In this document: one piece after another, positions 62,264-64,000 of the stretch
How positions within the stretch are numbered: position 1 is the first letter of the stretch
How the letters are laid out: every line of letters begins with the position of its first letter
Assembly: GCA_030390025.1 (NCBI GenBank)
Contig: CM059431.1
Span: 130,636,001 to 130,700,000, forward strand
Direction of reading: 5' to 3'
DNA length: 64,000 bases
Source of the DNA: Squalus acanthias
Taxonomy: Eukaryota
Translations under genes and position numbers: made by a program
The notes under the pieces: generated by a model
What the model was told of the DNA's origin: nothing
Database searches by the model: none
Seen by the model: only the letters and a program-made list of their open reading frames with translations

Positions 62264-63120
62264 GGCCGTGATTTTGCCGGCGCTCAGAGAGGTGGGTCAG
62301 AGGTTAAAGTCCTATTGATTGACGGCAGGTCCCGAACCCGCCATCAACCCGCCTCCAAACAGCTTTCCCAAGTGTCGGGTCCCCGATTTGCGAATGGACC
62401 CGACATCTAGCGACGGGAAATGGATTAAAGGCAATTACTTGCCTATTAACAGGTACTTGTCAGCAGTTTTCAGCCTGTTTATCGATTTTCCCGCTTCTGG
62501 GTCGGGTTTCCCGATGTCCGGACACCACGCCAGGTAAGTGTGGCGTGTTGCGAGTCTGGTGTAATGTTTGTAATAAGATGACAGCTGCAGAAGTGGTATT
62601 GGATGCAATGTTGCACATGGTGAGTTTCAGAACAAATAAAATGTTGGTTACTACATTTTTAAAACATATACAGATTTCTTTAGCTTACAAGTTTTTAAAT
62701 CCAACTATATGTCCAGTGCCACCTCATTGGGAGAACCTCTCTCACCAGTGACAGATCGCTTCAGTCACCTCACCTGCAGCTGCCATCTATTCCAGCATAT
62801 GGACGGAGTCATTGGAAAGCCTGGGTGCAAGAGGTCACCTTTGTGCAGTGATTGTCAGTGTTTTCAGCACCTCAATGCTTTCAAACACTGAGAAATCAAC
62901 TGTCAAAATAAAATTGTGCATGGTCCCTTTAAGGAAACCGGCAGATGACGCGTCATCAAATGACGTCATCAGACCCGCTTCCTGTTAATTGGCCGGCGGG
63001 CTTAACAAGGTCAATCAAAGGAAAATCACGTTTGTGGAGCGGAGGCAGCTGGGGGCGGGACCGGAACTCGGAAACCAGCTGACCCGCACCCATCCCGACA
63101 CCGAACGCAAAATCGCGGCC
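62264..63120. mobile_element. Harbinger MITE family B, copy 2
   Basis: TIR GGCCGTGATTTT / AAAATCGCGGCC; AAT TSD; inverted homolog of 18209-19008. Confidence 0.92.
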
Positions 63121-64000
63121 AATGAGTAAATAGTCATATAGACAAGAGCAGAGCTCCCACTCCTGATCAACATTCAGCAACCCCTCTGGAACTGCCCATG
63201 TGTGAACATTGGGCAAGGATATGATCAGGCCTGGCTGTGAAGTCCATCACAAATGAACTGTTTAGACTTACACGTGATTTACACCCACCAACTTTTTTGC
63301 TAAAATTAAGAACTGAGAGAAAATATGCTCCATTTTATTTTAGTGTGATAACTAAGAAAAACTGAGTTCTGGGGTGCCACAGTGGTACTGCATTTTAAAC
63401 ACAAGCGCACAACACCACAGAGTGGGGAGGCTACAGATTCAATGCTGTACTCTGCCCAATTTTCAATAAAAGCGGTATCTGGCAGGGAAGCACCAGGAGT
63501 CTCACCTCTCAAGAGAGAAAAAATCAGATGGGAATATCATTCTTGTTTGGTACCCAACATTTCCAGCAGCAAATTAAAAGGACAATTTGCAAAGTTCTCG
63601 GAGCAGCCCTCTTAGCAGCCAAGATTTTTGTTACTTAAGGGCTTAAAATACAATAAAAAAATATCCTGAGTGTTCAAATAAATGACACAACTCATTTCAG
63701 CCATTTCATGCTAATCAGCCAAATATCAGGAGTCTTTCCCACATACATAAAAATAAAATGATCTAATTAAAATAGTAGCACTTTAATATCTCAGCTGGTT
63801 ATGAAATGTGTTTGTATGGTACTGTGCACAGTTCTTGACAGTCTTTTAAATATACAGAAATTCCTGCTGCATAACCTCACTTAATTAGCACCTTCAAACA
63901 CTTAGAAGATATGTTTAACTTAATAATTCAAGAGTGAGAAATGCTTTATTGGGGATGCAACTTATTAAAAAATATTCAGTCTGAGGATTCTAACATTCTA

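Overview
Eukaryotic, repeat-dense intronic/intergenic DNA. The repeat content (CR1 and L2 LINEs, Deu-type SINE, Harbinger, Penelope) suggests a vertebrate, most likely a cartilaginous fish (inference). No host protein-coding gene can be identified with confidence; nearly every long ORF is transposon-derived. Main contents: (1) a young Penelope-like retroelement (19107-22728) with an uninterrupted ~800-codon RT + GIY-YIG frame, a ~785-bp inverted 5' arm, a 14-bp TSD and minimal hammerhead ribozyme motifs; (2) two tiny (218 and 248 bp) Penelope-type hairpin insertions made of two divergent hammerheads plus a tail, each with a 13-14-bp TSD; (3) a full-length but inactivated two-gene Harbinger transposon (5926-9924), several decayed Harbingers and at least seven Harbinger MITEs with TIRs and 3-bp TSDs; (4) a decayed Gypsy element with a tRNA-Ser-type PBS; (5) a 5'-inverted RTE LINE; (6) many CR1, L2 and other LINE and SINE fragments, plus small local duplications. 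A CpG-rich patch at ~1.3-1.65 kb and a few splice-site-flanked segments may belong to an unannotated + strand host transcript (low confidence). Family names come from recognising motifs by eye, not from database searches.
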